Positions 50,664-64,000 of a stretch of 64,000 nt of DNA are shown here, piece by piece. The DNA is from Octopus sinensis (lineage: Eukaryota), in NCBI RefSeq assembly GCF_006345805.1, contig NC_042998.1:21762001-21826000 (forward strand), read 5' to 3'. The position numbers were made by a program, and so were the translations under genes. The notes under the pieces are model-generated. The model did no database searches. It was not told the DNA's origin and saw only the letters and a program-made list of their open reading frames with translations. Numbering within the stretch: position 1 is the stretch's first letter; each line of letters starts with the position of its first letter.

Positions 50664-51294
50664 ATTCATTCATAATAAACAAACAAGGCAATACGAAACA
50701 AACAAACAAGAAAACAAACAAACACACTGGGAGCGACTTTGGTTGTGAGGTCTTCGAATTCTTGGATTGAAGCTCTAAGCATCAACATGTTTTCCTTTTA
50801 ATATAGATGACACACACACACACACATACACACATACACACACACACACGTGCTCATACGCATGCATACTGACACACACACACACATGTACTAACAGGCA
50901 TTGGTACAAGTTTTTCTTCTTCATTTTGGCAAAGAATTTAAAAGACATTAGGTATAGCGCTTCGTCCAATATGAGAACAAGAAAGAGAGAGATAGAGTGA
51001 GAGATCAAGAGAGAAAGAGAGAGAGAGAGAGAGATGTAAAGAGAAAGTGTGTGTTAATATATATATATATATATATAAAAAATGAAAGGAAAACCTTAAA
51101 AAAAAAAGGGTGCCATTTGTTTTTAAAATAACATCTTAGCATATGTTAATAGTGATGTAATGTTTGTGCATTATGTCTTGGCAGCAGGATATAGTGTTTA
51201 TCTTGTCGGCATGCCCAGCAGAAGAGTATAAAACGGGTGACAGTGTGGGGGAATAAAAGCTTCAATTTAGATGACTCTGTGTGTGTGTGTGTGT

Positions 51295-52045
51295 CTTTTA
51301 TCTGTTGCTTGTTTCAGTCGTTCGACTGTGGCCATGCTGGGGCACTGCTTATGAGAGCTCAAAATCTCTCGTGGAAGCGCCATCCAACCAAAATGCAAAT
51401 ATATGGGAAATTACCACCTGTGTCATCTCTTGTGAAAGGTAGGAGAGTCCAGTTTGCTGGACATTGTTGTAGAGCTGAAAAAGAAGTAATTTCTACTCTT
51501 CTCCTCTGGAAGCCATCTACTCGCAATACCAGAGGGTGCACACTCTCCTACCCTGATGTAATCTCCAGGGATACAGGCATCGAGCAACAGGACCTCCGTA
51601 ATGCTATGATGGACCGTGAAGTCTGGCGTAACATAATAAATTCCATTGTCTCAACCACGGTCGAACAATGATAATGATGACTGCCCTGAAGAACTTTTTA
51701 GTTGAATGAATCAACACCCAGAACTTGGATTTTAAAGCTTGGAACTTGTTTTACCTTATCTGTCACTTTTGCTGAGCTGTTAAGCTATGGGGATGTAAAC
51801 ACACCAACACCGGTTGTCAAATGCTGGGTGGGGGGAAGGACAAACAGATACAATGACATACACACACATGCACACACACACACGTGATGAGCTTCTTTTA
51901 GTTTCTATCAACCAAATCCACTCACAAGGCTTTTGGTTGGCCTGTGGCTATAGTAGAAAATACTTGGCCAAGGTGCCACACAGTGGGACTGAACCTAGAT
52001 CCATGCAGCTGGGAAGCAAGCTTCTTATCACACCACCACACCTGT
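51295..52045 (-). mobile_element. Old SINE family A split by an RTE LINE insertion
   Basis: Tail at 51295-51347; the body resumes at ~51680. Confidence 0.75.
51348..51680 (+). mobile_element. 5'-truncated RTE-clade LINE (3' end of ORF2)
   Basis: RRVQFAGHCCRAEKEVISTLLLW...RGCTLSYPDVISRDTG...AMMDREVWR, followed by a (TGA)-type tail. Confidence 0.85.
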
Positions 52046-52759
52046 ACTTATATATGTGTGTGTGTATGTATATATTTGTATTTCGTTATGTGTATATATG
52101 TGTATATATATATATATATATGTTTGTATATAGTTATGTATGTATGTGTGTATGTATGTTTATATGTGATTAGTGTTCTGATTGTGGTTGTTCTGTCCCA
52201 GTTCAGTCTTATCTAGTAGACTCTTGATTTATAGCTCTTCCAATCATGACCATCTTGTCTATTTCTCAGTTATTGTGTATCTAGGCTACGTTATCTAATG
52301 GGTTTTAGATAATGTCCATTTTTTTTAAGAACGAAAATCTTTGAAATTTTTCTTAGATTTAGTCATTATCTTATGCACAAGGTAAAGGTCCCCTAAATTT
52401 TCAATGCCATTCCTCGCATATCTGGTTTTATGTCAGAATGACCTTCTCCTAGAGACATGCTTTAACAAAAGATAAGGGGTACCTCACACCCAGAGGTCTT
52501 CCAGCATGCAGGACGCCATCTGGAATTTCTGAGGACCTATGCAGCATGTGAAACCTTTCATCCAAACACATTCTTTTACTCTCTCTCTTTTTTTTATCCC
52601 CCCATTTTCTTTCCTCATTTCTTTCTGTTGAAGAGCATAGGCTCGAAACATCAAAGATTGCTTCCAGTTTTCTAGAACGTCAAATTCATTACACCTTGTT
52701 TGTTGTTCCCGCTCACCTGCATATTCAGATAATGATGCAAATAAACATACAGGGGCTTA

Positions 52760-52906
52760 GGTGCAGGCATGTGGTAAGAAGCTTGCTTCCCAACCACATG
52801 GTTCTAGGTTCAATCCCACTGCATGGCACCATAGGCAAGTGTCTTTTCAGGCTGACCATTGCCTTGTGAGTAGATTTGGTAGATGGAAACTGAAAGAAGC
52901 TTGTCG

Positions 52907-52949
<43 letters not shown>

Positions 52950-53175
52950 TACCTATATATTTATGTGTCTGTGTTTGTTCCTCTGCCATTTCTTGACAAC
53001 CAATGCTGGTCTATTTATGTCATCCACAACTTAGCGGTTTGGCAAAAAGAGACTAATAGAATAAGTACTAGGCTCATAAAGAGTAAGTCCCAGCGTAGAT
53101 TTCTTTGACTAAAGCCCTTTAAGGTAGTGCTCCATCATGGCCGCAATCAAATGACTGAAACAAGTGAAAGACTAA
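52760..53175 (+). mobile_element. SINE family A (old)
   Basis: Matches the family consensus. Confidence 0.8.
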
Positions 53176-53339
53176 AAGAATATAATTGTAAATCTATTCT
53201 GAGAGAATCAAAACCAGAAAGCATTCACAAGATGAACATTCATGTCTGAGCATTGAGATATTTGTAAGTTCCCATCAGTTGAGCATTATTACCTGTTTTC
53301 TATTTTGAGCATCTCTGGATCTCACCTGTTAATTATATA

Positions 53340-53471
53340 TCTTCATGCACACATACACACACAATTGTGTGCGTACATATACCTTCTCATATATATTTAG
53401 ATATACCCATACACACATTTATATATATATATATACTTACATTCATGTGTGTGTATATATATAAACACACG

Positions 53472-53509
<38 letters not shown>

Positions 53510-53546
53510 GATATACATAAATATATATATATACACATATATATAT

Positions 53547-53577
<31 letters not shown>

Positions 53578-53601
53578 ACGATATATATATACACACACAT
53601 G

Positions 53602-53636
<35 letters not shown>

Positions 53637-53956
53637 TGATATATATATATATACACATGATATATATATATATATTATATATATATACACACACGATATA
53701 TATATATATTATACACACACACGATATAGATATATATATATACACACACGATATATATATATATATACACACACGATATATTATATATACACACACGATA
53801 TATATATATATACACACACGATATATATATATACACACACAATATATATATATACACACACAATATATATATATATACACACACGATATATATATATATA
53901 TACACACACGATATATATATATATACACACACGATATATATATATATATACACACA

Positions 53957-53998
<42 letters not shown>

Positions 53999-54101
53999 GA
54001 TATATATATATATACACACGATATATATATATATATATTATATACACACACATGATATATATATATATGATGATGATGATGATGATATTATATACACACA
54101 C

Positions 54102-54141
<40 letters not shown>

Positions 54142-54180
54142 ATATATAAATACACGCACACACATATACGGTACTAGATA
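53340..54180. repeat. Minisatellite-like (TA)n-ACACACACG array
   Basis: ~20-bp units tacacacacgatatatatat. Confidence 0.9.
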
Positions 54181-54939
54181 GATCATATCTGAAGAGAAGA
54201 AACGGTAATGGAATTTGTTTTATCTGTTGTTTGAAGAAAAGCATTCAGGTTCAGCGCCAAACCAGATGAGTTATGGCCTATGGACAGTATAATTGATCCA
54301 AAGAATCAAAGAATGTTTCTGTTTTGGTACTTTCATTACATTCCTCAAGTATTTCGGTTATTTATTTTCTGCTGTCTTGTGTGTGTTTTGGTTTTTTTTT
54401 ATTAATTTTCTCCTGTTTATATTGGTAGGGATAATCAATAATGTTATTGTTTCCCATTTATTGTGTCATTCCTCATTCCTGATATTTTCGGTGAAGCCAG
54501 TTGCACTTTGTGTCATGTGAGTGGAATTTGGAAACTGGAAACTAGGTGGGTGCTTATAGTATACACACACACACACACACACACACTAATATATATGCAT
54601 ATATATATATATACATATGTACACACGGACATACACAAATACATAAACATGCATATACATCTATCTATCTATATATATATAACGAAACATTAGTAGAAAG
54701 GATATATATAAAGATGTATGTACGTATGTATGTATGTATGTATGTATGTATGTATCTTTGTATCGTTTTTGTGATGGTGGATTTCAAAGCAAATATGGCT
54801 GTAAATAATAGGTTGCAGCCATTAATTTTTTTTATTAAAAGGAGTTTTTTAAACCTGATATTTACATACTATTATTTATAGCTTTAGTTACTTCAAGATC
54901 CACCATTCCAAGGTTTATAAATTCTTATCATATCAACAA

Positions 54940-55096
54940 TGTGGCTGTGTGGTAAGTAGCTTGCTAACCAACCACATGGTTCCGGGTTCAGTCCCACTGC
55001 GTGGCATCTTGGGCAATTGTCTTCTGCTATAGCCCCGGGCCAACCAATGCCTTGTGAGTGGATTTGGTAGACGGAAACTAAAAGAAGCCCGTCGTA

Positions 55097-55145
<49 letters not shown>

Positions 55146-55350
55146 TTGTGTGTCTGTGTTTGTCCCCCTAGCATTGCTTGACAGCCGATGCTGGTGTGTT
55201 TACGTTCCCGTCACTTAGCGGTTCGGCAAAAGAGACCGATAAAATAAGTACTGGGCTTACAAAGAATAAGTCCCGGGTCGATTTGATCGACTAAAGGCGG
55301 TGCTCCAGCATAGCCGCAGTCAAATGACTGAAACAAGTAAAAGAGTAATA
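54940..55350 (+). mobile_element. SINE family A, near consensus
   Basis: Matches the family consensus. Confidence 0.9.
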
Positions 55351-55650
55351 TATATATATATATATGTACGAGCAAGTGGGCAAAAGAAAGGAAGGGAACT
55401 CAGCATATTTATTAGGAGTTACATGTATTATTTAAATCATTTTGGTTCAGATTCCCAGCTATTCCAAGTTTCACAGGCCTCTCCCTAATGGACCCTGTCT
55501 CTTCAGTCTGGTGGAATAGCTGTTAGGTTAGAGGCCTGCGAAACTTGGAGAAGCAAGGCATCTGAATCAAACTATTTTAAATAATAATATTAATAATAAT
55601 AATATTGGTAATAATAATAACATTGGTAATAATAATAATAATAATAATAA

Positions 55651-56215
55651 TATATTCTCACAAATTGTGGTGATATGACCAGATAGCGAAAGTGCTACAT
55701 TGGAAACTGTGCTAAAAAGTGGGGGCCAGAGAGAGACAAGACATAGTATGAGTACAAACCGTAGAGAGTGGCGCAGTCGGAGATTAGCAAAATCCTCTGA
55801 GATTTTGCATTCCAAACAGATCAGGTGCTAGAGCATAACAGACTGGACCTAGTAGTGCACCACATATGCTATAGAGTTGATGTTGCATGCCCTTTTGACC
55901 CACGAATAGTCAAGAAGAAAGGCAAAAAGATAGATAGATACAACCCTCTTAAATGCAAAATAGCCCGGCTATGGAAAATGAAGGTGAAGATGGTGCCAAT
56001 TATTGTTAGGTCCTTGGGAACAGTATCAGAAGGCATCAAGAGGAATATCAAGGAAATTGGGAAAGAGTGCCCAGTAGAACTGTTACAAATGGTTTGCCTC
56101 TTTGGCACGACCAGAATAATCAGGAAAGTATTAGACTGCTGAAAAGCGTGGTGCTGCAGGTAGCAAACCTGCTATGCATACAAGACTTCAGGAGTTCCAA
56201 CAAAACCTGTGATAA
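55651..56215 (+). mobile_element. 5'-truncated R4/Dong-like LINE (restriction-like endonuclease C-terminus)
   Basis: DQIAKVLHW, QTDQVLEHNRLDLVV...VDVACPFD...K...RY...LWKMKVKMVPIIVRSLGTV...RIIRKVLD; the 5' junction is in (TAA)n. Confidence 0.85.
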
Positions 56216-56244
56216 AGAGAAAATATATATACAAACATACATAC

Positions 56245-56279
<35 letters not shown>

Positions 56280-56631
56280 TTCCAAGTAAGTTAGGGGTTG
56301 TGGATCCAACCCACTAAGGGATAATACTTATCCAATACACTGCTGGTATAATACCCAAATTATTAATACACAAGTGTTTTTAATTGCAATGCAAATAAAC
56401 TTACTTATTGTATTAAATCAGTGAAGGTAAAGAAATATTTTATCATTAATTTATATTACAAATAAGAAAATGGAGAAACACATTAGTTGGTTTATCAGCT
56501 TTAGGATATAAGAATGTTGACTTATTTATTTATCAAAACGAGAACCATATTAAAATACATATATACAGTATAAAATTCAATACATATAAAATAAGAGTAC
56601 AAGTAGTTATTAAAAAAAACTTAATATAATT

Positions 56632-56673
<42 letters not shown>

Positions 56674-57129
56674 ATTAAAGAGGAAATCGTTTGATATATT
56701 TTGATATGTAATTATTTGGCAAGAACTATTTTCAAGTATTCAGTAGCATTCTCCAGTGTTTCCAACTCTCATAGAAAATATAAGACCTACAGATATATAC
56801 TTTGGAGTACTAGAATATGCAGATGTACTTCATGAGGACACAACTTGGCTTCTAAGCCTATCTACATACATCTCTCTCTCACACATACACACACACACAC
56901 ACGATGGGCTTCTTTCAGTTTCCATCTATGAAATCAACTCACAACGCTTGGGCAGTGTTGTAGTACAGTATTGTATAAAGACTTTGAAACTGGCTGTGTT
57001 GAAAATGACTACTGGTTTTTGTGATTTTATTGTTTGAAGTATCATGACATGATGAGATGAAAAGAAACAGAGTGAGAGATATCGATTGATTTATACACGG
57101 ACAGAGACACACATTGATACCTAGCTAGA

Positions 57130-57560
57130 AATTTAGAGAGACTGACAGATAGATAGACAGGTAGATAGACAGGTAGATAGTTTGCTAGCTAGCTAGATAG
57201 ATTGACAGGTAAATAGTGAGATAAATAGATAGATAGATTGACAGGCAGACAGGCATAGATGGATAGATAGACAGATAGATAGATAGATAGATAGATAGAT
57301 AGGACAGACAGTTAGATAGAGTGACAGACAGACAAACAGATAGACAGACAGATAGATAGACAGGTAGATAGTTAGCTAGATAGATAGATAGAGAGACAGA
57401 CTAACACATAGACAGGCAGGTAGATAGCTAAATAGATTGAAGGATAGACAGACAGATAGATGGGTAAATAGTTAGCTAGACAACTAGATAGATAGATAGA
57501 TAGAAAAGCTAGATAAATTGACAGACAGACAGGTAGTATATAGACAGATTGATAAATAGA
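57130..57560. repeat. (GATA)n/(GACA)n microsatellite
   Basis: Read directly. Confidence 0.95.
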
Positions 57561-58069
57561 TTGATGGGTGGATGGGGAGAGAGAATGAGAGGAAGAGAGA
57601 GTCTGCTGTATGTAGTAGAAAGGTAAAAATAAAAAGCTGATCATTTCTTTGACTGATAGATGTGAAGTTGGGAAAGAATGGAACATTGTTTGAATGGAAG
57701 CAAATTCAATCCCTATTTGCACATAGATGTAGTTTATTTATTCTTATGTAGAATATCTGTGACATTTGACTGCATTTCTATGTTCAGAGGCTTGATTCTT
57801 GCCTTTCATCTGTCTGAGGGTGACAGATTAAAGAATCAATCAAGTGTTGGGATCAATATATTTGGATCAATATAATCGTCTATATAGGAAATCGTTATTA
57901 TTGTGAGAGTGCTAAACAAGTGCCCAGAGTTGTTTAAAGTTCAAATACTGCTAGAGATTTCACATCTTAACTTTCCTGGGCCATGTCTCACAAAAATTCA
58001 TTATAAAACACCTGTGCTGGTACCACATGAAAAGCACCTGTGCCAGCATTATGTAAGAGGCACCTTACG

Positions 58070-58420
58070 GCTAGCTGGCAGAATCATTAGCATGCTGGGC
58101 GAAATACTGAGCAGTATTTCGTCGGCTGTTATGTTCTGAGTTCAAATTCCATCAAGGGTGACTTTGCCTTTCATCCTTTCGGAGTCGATTAAATAAGTAC
58201 CAGTTACGCACCTATTTCGTTACCACCCACAAGGGGCTAAACACAGAGAGGACAAACAAGGACAGACAAAGAGATTAAGTCAATGACATCGACCACAGTG
58301 CGTAACTGGTACTTAATTTATTGACCCTGAAAGGATGAAAGGCAAAGTTGAGATTGGCGGAATTTGAACTCAGAACGTAAGAGCAGATGCTAATGTTTCT
58401 GCCAGCTCGCCGCCTTCTAC
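58070..58420. mobile_element. Two SINE family B copies in convergent orientation
   Basis: Plus copy at 58070-58210, minus copy at 58212-58420. Confidence 0.8.
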
Positions 58421-58989
58421 CTTACCAGTTTCTATCAAATCAGATCATCCAGTCCAAACCAGCAAGGAAAATAATGATGATGATGAGGAGGAGGAAATTG
58501 TAGGTGTAACTGTGGATAAGCACAGTTGCAGCTCAGTGTGGTTAAGATCTTTGTTTCCCATCCACATGGTTTCTGGTTCACTGCCAGAGTACGGTACCAT
58601 GGGCAAGTGTCTTTTACTATAGCCCTGATCTTTCAGGAAGGACCTTGAAAATATATTTTCTTATCCCTTAAAGAACAGGATAGTCATGGATGGATTAAAA
58701 GTATGCTTGATCAAGTAGACTTATAATTAACATTATCAACAATACTGAAGAGAGTTACGAGCTAATCAAAGGAGCCTCTCTGTGGTTGCTCAGCCTTTTA
58801 GAAATAACAGCCAAATCTCCTTTGAATCGCACCCTATTATCTTAAATTAGGAAGAGAGACATTTAGATGACACAGTTTTAGAGATGCTATAGCTGAAAAT
58901 AAGAATGGATGGTCACAACTGGAACATATTTGATCAAAGCTCTGCTGATTCAGAGCTGATCTAGGAGTTGATGCTAAAGAGCAACCATG

Positions 58990-59022
58990 ACCACAAGAAC
59001 ACTACTACTACTACTACTACAA

Positions 59023-59063
<41 letters not shown>

Positions 59064-59064
59064 A

Positions 59065-59136
<72 letters not shown>

Positions 59137-59165
59137 TAATAATAATAACAACAACAACAACAACC
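58990..59165. repeat. Serial trinucleotide array ACT/GCT/ACT/AAT/AAC
   Basis: Read directly. Confidence 0.95.
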
Positions 59166-60091
59166 AAAATGGTTGGATTCATAACCCCAGAATAAATACA
59201 GATTTGTCTTTTAATAATGTAAAAATTATTTTTAGCAAGGATCTGCTACTCCAAATAATTATTCGCAAGTCGATAATATTTGTCATGAGACTTTCCTGAA
59301 ATTTCTCTGTCAGTTTTAACTCATTGTTAAAATTTATGAAATAATAATAAAAGGAACAAGGACAAATAATTCTATAATGCAGATAATTCCATTGTAAGAA
59401 GATATTATGAGACAGCATAGAAGGAAAAAGAACTATATTTTTAGCAATATTTAATCCAATTTCTTCTAACACACACTTTCACAGGAAAATGGATGTAGAA
59501 ATGATAACAATTCTAAATATTTTAATCCTATTTACAACAAGCCAACAAGCTACTTTTTACTAAAAGATTTACAATGCTTTTAATCTTGTTTTCATTTTAT
59601 CTAAGAATATGTTCTGCTGAAGTTAGTACATATTCTCAAATACAAAATGGACTAACCAAAGAAGAATGCAGCCGTTCAGTTTTACACTATTGCTTATAAC
59701 CACTTTGACTACTACAGTAGTTTCATGACAAAGATAAGCATTGAATATTATTGTTCATTCATAAATGTTGCATTGGATTTGATAAATAGATAGATAAACT
59801 GATTGACAGATAGAAAGATTGACAGATAGAAAGATTGACAGATAAAAAGATTGACAGATTAATTTGATTGATAGGTAAATATGTATTTAGTATGAATGAA
59901 AGTGAGATATTATGGATACAGTTAATGAAAATGTATAAATAGACATGGAAAAACTTGTCATTAGCTATGGGGATCAGAATCAATGTAGTTTTTGTACAGT
60001 TGTCCTATGGAACCACTCTTCTGAATGTGTATGTGATTGTAAACATCACTGAGGTATCTATGTGCGTGTGTGTGTTTATACATAGACACAA

Positions 60092-60127
<36 letters not shown>

Positions 60128-60664
60128 TACCCTTTTTCTCCCTCTGCTTTCTTCTCTTCCTCATCAGCATCCACGATTTCATATCTATTTTTCCACACTT
60201 ACATGGGTTACTAAAGTCTTCTCCTTGACATGTCATTCAAGAAATTTTTGAGCATTTATTATTAATTTCCACCATGCACAGTATGGCCAAATGGTTAAGA
60301 GGCACCTTGTTGTGGTTTCTTTTCTCCTCTGATTCACGAGATTTTGCATCCTGAGATCAGCTTTCACAACTTCTTCCTGCACCTTCTTCAGTTTTCCTCT
60401 TCTACAGATTTCCTTCCACATTAATCATTTTAGCACTTTTTATGGGTTTTCCAGATTGGACTACAAGTACTGATTATATTACTTTAAAGAACTGCATGCT
60501 ACTATTTATTTCATATTTGCCTACCTACCACTTTAAAATTTTGGCTTTTAAAGGAAAGAATCTGATTGTGTATCATATTAAATCATTAAATAATTAAATC
60601 AGAACTGACCTACATGCAGTCTTTACACACACATACACACACATAAATGATGATGATGTTGATG

Positions 60665-60705
<41 letters not shown>

Positions 60706-60715
60706 GTGTGTGTGT

Positions 60716-61017
60716 GGAGGCACATGGCCTAGTGGTTAGAGTAGCAGACTCACGTTCGAGGGATCACAGGTTCAAATCTCAGACCGGGTGATATGTGTGT
60801 TTATAAGCGAAACACCTAAGTTCCATGCAGCTCTGGCAGAAGGTAATGGCGAACTTCTGTTGACTCTTTTGCCACAACTTTCTCTTGCTCTTTCCTCCTG
60901 CATCTTGCAGCTCACCTGTGATGGACCGGTGTCCCGTCCAGGTGGGGAACCTATATGCCAAAGAAACTGGGAAACTGGCCCTAATGAGTCAGGCATGGCT
61001 CGAGACAGAACAAACAA
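60716..61017 (+). mobile_element. SINE family D
   Basis: ggaggcacatggcctagtgg...ggttcaaatc...ggctcgagacagaacaaac. Confidence 0.9.
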
Positions 61018-61029
61018 TATATATATATA

Positions 61030-62715
61030 TATAACAGAAATAGGTTTCAAAGAAAAAAGACTACACATGGTATAAATAGGGGAAAAGTAAAAAGAAAACG
61101 CACATTAGATATAAAAAATAAAGGCCTTTTTTAAGAAAAGCAAAGATATATACATACAATTAGATGATTTGAGGTGGAATCATGAAATATAAAAATCATT
61201 GTTATGAATCATTATAGAGATTCAAAGCCATACCGGTATCGTCAGAGCTGATCACTGACTTTGAATGAACACTGAAATTTCGATCATTGTTTTATCTCCA
61301 GTGAGAATGGGTAGATTTTGGATGATGATGTTGAAGGCCTCGTTGTTTCTAGGGTTGTGTGTGGAGATGTGTGGGAGTATTTTTAAATATAGTGTAGTAT
61401 TTCGGTTCACCACATCGAATGGTTCCTTCATTTATAGTTTTCTGGAGGTGTTTAAGCATGTCTAAATCATCCCTGATGAAGCTTTTCACATATTTTAAAA
61501 ATGGTTTGAGTAATATGTCGAGGAAATTGCTCAAATGGTGGGTTTCACAAGCAGGGCCAGCAATGATGGGTCTTAGTTGGGGGTCAGTAGTGGGAGGAAC
61601 ATTAATGCATAGGCTTGGAAAATCTTTGCAAGCTTTACTAATATGTAGATTTTTGTGCATTTTAGGTAATCTGTAGAATAGACTTGGTCTGTATTTAAAA
61701 TTGGATAAATAGTCAATTCTTTTTTAGTGAGGCCCTTTCCATGTATTTGAAGTAAGGAGGATATGTTTTTAAGTGTCATCTGTGGGTTATAGTGTTCTAT
61801 CTTCTCATGTTTTCCTACATGAAGAATATTAAATTTATATAGTACTCTGTATCCATCACAACTGTCACACTTCCTTTAATCAGCTTCTTTAATGGGCAAG
61901 TTTATATCTTTTTTTAAACTCGATTAGGTTTTTCCATTCATTTGTTTTGAGATTGGATTTAATTCGTTGTGTTTGTAGGGTATTAAATGGAAAATTGGTT
62001 AAAGTGTTCACAAAAATCATCAAGTGCTTTATTTCTGCCTTTTGTTGGACAGGATTCGCTTTTGTTTTTTACTACCGAGTCATCTTCGCTGGTGTAGTTC
62101 TGAAGTGCTTCTGCGAGGCACAATTTTTCGGCAAAAATCCATAGTGTTATCCTCGATTTCATTCGGGTTTGATCTGCGAGGGGTTGGTGTAAACTTCAAA
62201 CCTTCTTGCTAGAATTTTAGTTTGTGTAGTACTTAGGATTTTCTTTGATAAGTTGATTATTTTCGGTTGTTCATGTATATTTTGTTCCATTTCACATCTC
62301 TGTTTATCTGATTTAGGTCTAAAGAAATGGTTGCAGTAGGTGGATTGTTGTGGGAAGTCTGTATTGTATTTAGTTTGGTATGAAGAAATTGGGTGTAAAG
62401 TGTGTCTTTGGTAGTAAATTTGTTGTGGAGTGACTGCATAGTGGACTAAATTATGGTTATTCTGAGGGTTGTTACATTGTCCATAGTCGATGTGGTTTGG
62501 GTTAAATTTATTGTTAATTTTGTAATGCAGGTAGAGGGAGAAATTATGGTGTCTAGTTAGGTTGTGTTTAGTTGAATACTTGAAGTATCCATGCTGAAAG
62601 ATAAGTCTCGGAGGCAAATTCTTCCATTGTCTGTTAGATGATAGGGGTAGACTGGTAGGTAATGGTTCTCGAAAGTTTTGGTTAGTCTGAAAGCTTTGAT
62701 GGATCTTTTGATTTA
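61030..62715 (-). mobile_element. Penelope-like retroelement, degenerate and internally deleted
   Basis: KIINLSKKILSTTQTKILAR(GLKFTPTP), KEAD-KGSVTVVMD, PQLRPIIAGPACETHHLSNFLDILLKPFLKYVKSFIRDDLDML; both ends abut TA tracts. Confidence 0.85.
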
Positions 62716-62831
62716 TGTGTGTGTGTATACATACATACATATATTTATGTATATGTGTATATATATATGTATATATATATATGTATATATATATGTGTGT
62801 GTGTGTATATATATATTTATATATATTTGTG

Positions 62832-62871
<40 letters not shown>

Positions 62872-63864
62872 AGACTAGACTAGACTAGACTACCCATGAC
62901 CCATTGTGTCACTGACAGTTCAGGTTATAAAACATTAAAGCTGATTTCAACATTGCATTGAAATGAAAGTTAATTTTATGATGATTCAGTTAAATATTTC
63001 AATTCGTTTGTGTCATCATAAGTCTGGTTTACAAATTCATGTCTAAGCTTTTATTGATTATTTACAGCAGCTAATAGAAACAGAACTTCCAAGATAAACT
63101 TGAACTCCAGTAACAGCATTTATTTATGGCACATGTGTACACTTCTACAAAAATGCAAAAGAAATTGTTATATATCATAAACAAAATTAATTGAAACAAT
63201 TTTCACAGTATTACATGTTCCCATTTTAGGGTTATCTTTCTTTCAGAGTATTTTCCCATTATACACGGTTTTGGCTATTTCTGAAGGTACCCCCAAAAAA
63301 CCACGTATCTCAAGAATCTGTGGTCTGATTTACATGAAAGTTGTTCATTCTGTTTGTATTCACATTTTAGAGGTGCCTTACTCGCAGAATAACACTGGTT
63401 TTAGCTGTATTAAATTACAGACAAGCATGCATGCAAGCAAGCACACTAGCAAATAAGCAATCACAGAGTTTTAGTAGTATATAGATATAAACTGACAGTT
63501 GTCAATTGTGGAACATGACTGTCACTACATAAACCTGATGATTGTGTAATGCATGAAAGAACTAGTTTATTTCAATATTGTAAAATTGCAAAAGCTGTAA
63601 AAAATAAAACAGGAAAATCAGACTAAATTGGAATTTCATTGATTAATATATTCTTCGATACATAATCATAGAAACTCAGATATATATCTATGTGTGTGTG
63701 TGGGGGGGGTTTGAAGGAATTTGGTCAACAGAAACTGCTACAAGCCTATTGTTTATATACATGATATCTGAGCTGTATGATGGACAGAAGGTTATGAGCC
63801 AATCCAATTTGCCTTTTGTCGGATTTGTTGCCAAAAATGTGTGTGGCCTCTTTATTGCTTATTT

Positions 63865-64000
63865 GTATCAGTCATTAACATTGTGGCCATGCTGGAGCAC
63901 TGTCTTGAAGAATTTTTTTTTAGTCGAATAATTCGACCCCAGTACTTATAATGTTTTCTTTTTTAGCCTGCCTCTTATTCTATCAGTTTCTTTTGCTGAA
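63865..64000 (-). mobile_element. SINE family A 3' fragment, runs off the window
   Basis: cagtcattaacattgtggccatgctggagcac...ttctatcagtttctttttgc. Confidence 0.75.

Noticed and set aside
54429-54516. AG...GTGAGT-bounded 88-nt candidate exon
   Set aside because: The only open frame is unrecognisable, and such sites are common by chance.
61225-61250. CTGACGA-TACC-GGTA near the PLE 3' end
   Set aside because: No GAAA follows in register.

Overview
This is an AT-rich, repeat-saturated eukaryotic region. The SINE and microsatellite landscape fits an Octopus (cephalopod) genome best; that is inference from the repeat content. I could not identify any host protein-coding exon, rRNA, functional tRNA or CRISPR array with confidence, and almost all ORFs in the track are microsatellite or SINE read-throughs. 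The window is nested mobile DNA. It holds about 30 copies of one tRNA-derived SINE (family A) and at least three further SINE families. LINE remnants include L2/CR1, RTE and two restriction-like-endonuclease clades. Penelope-like elements (PLEs), a solo LTR, three mariners, a Tc3-like element, a Tigger/pogo element, a non-autonomous Helitron, several MITEs, large simple repeats and a 100-N gap make up the rest. The most notable observation is a ~528-bp repeat at 19.27-20.82 kb, arranged as two head-to-tail copies plus one inverted, permuted copy. Each copy carries a type I hammerhead ribozyme with a palindromic stem III, which suggests a retrozyme or PLE-terminal-repeat system. Several smaller minimal hammerhead-like motifs lie near PLE-like ends that abut (TA)n tracts elsewhere in the window. 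Family names and boundaries come from reading the sequence by eye and were not checked against databases.
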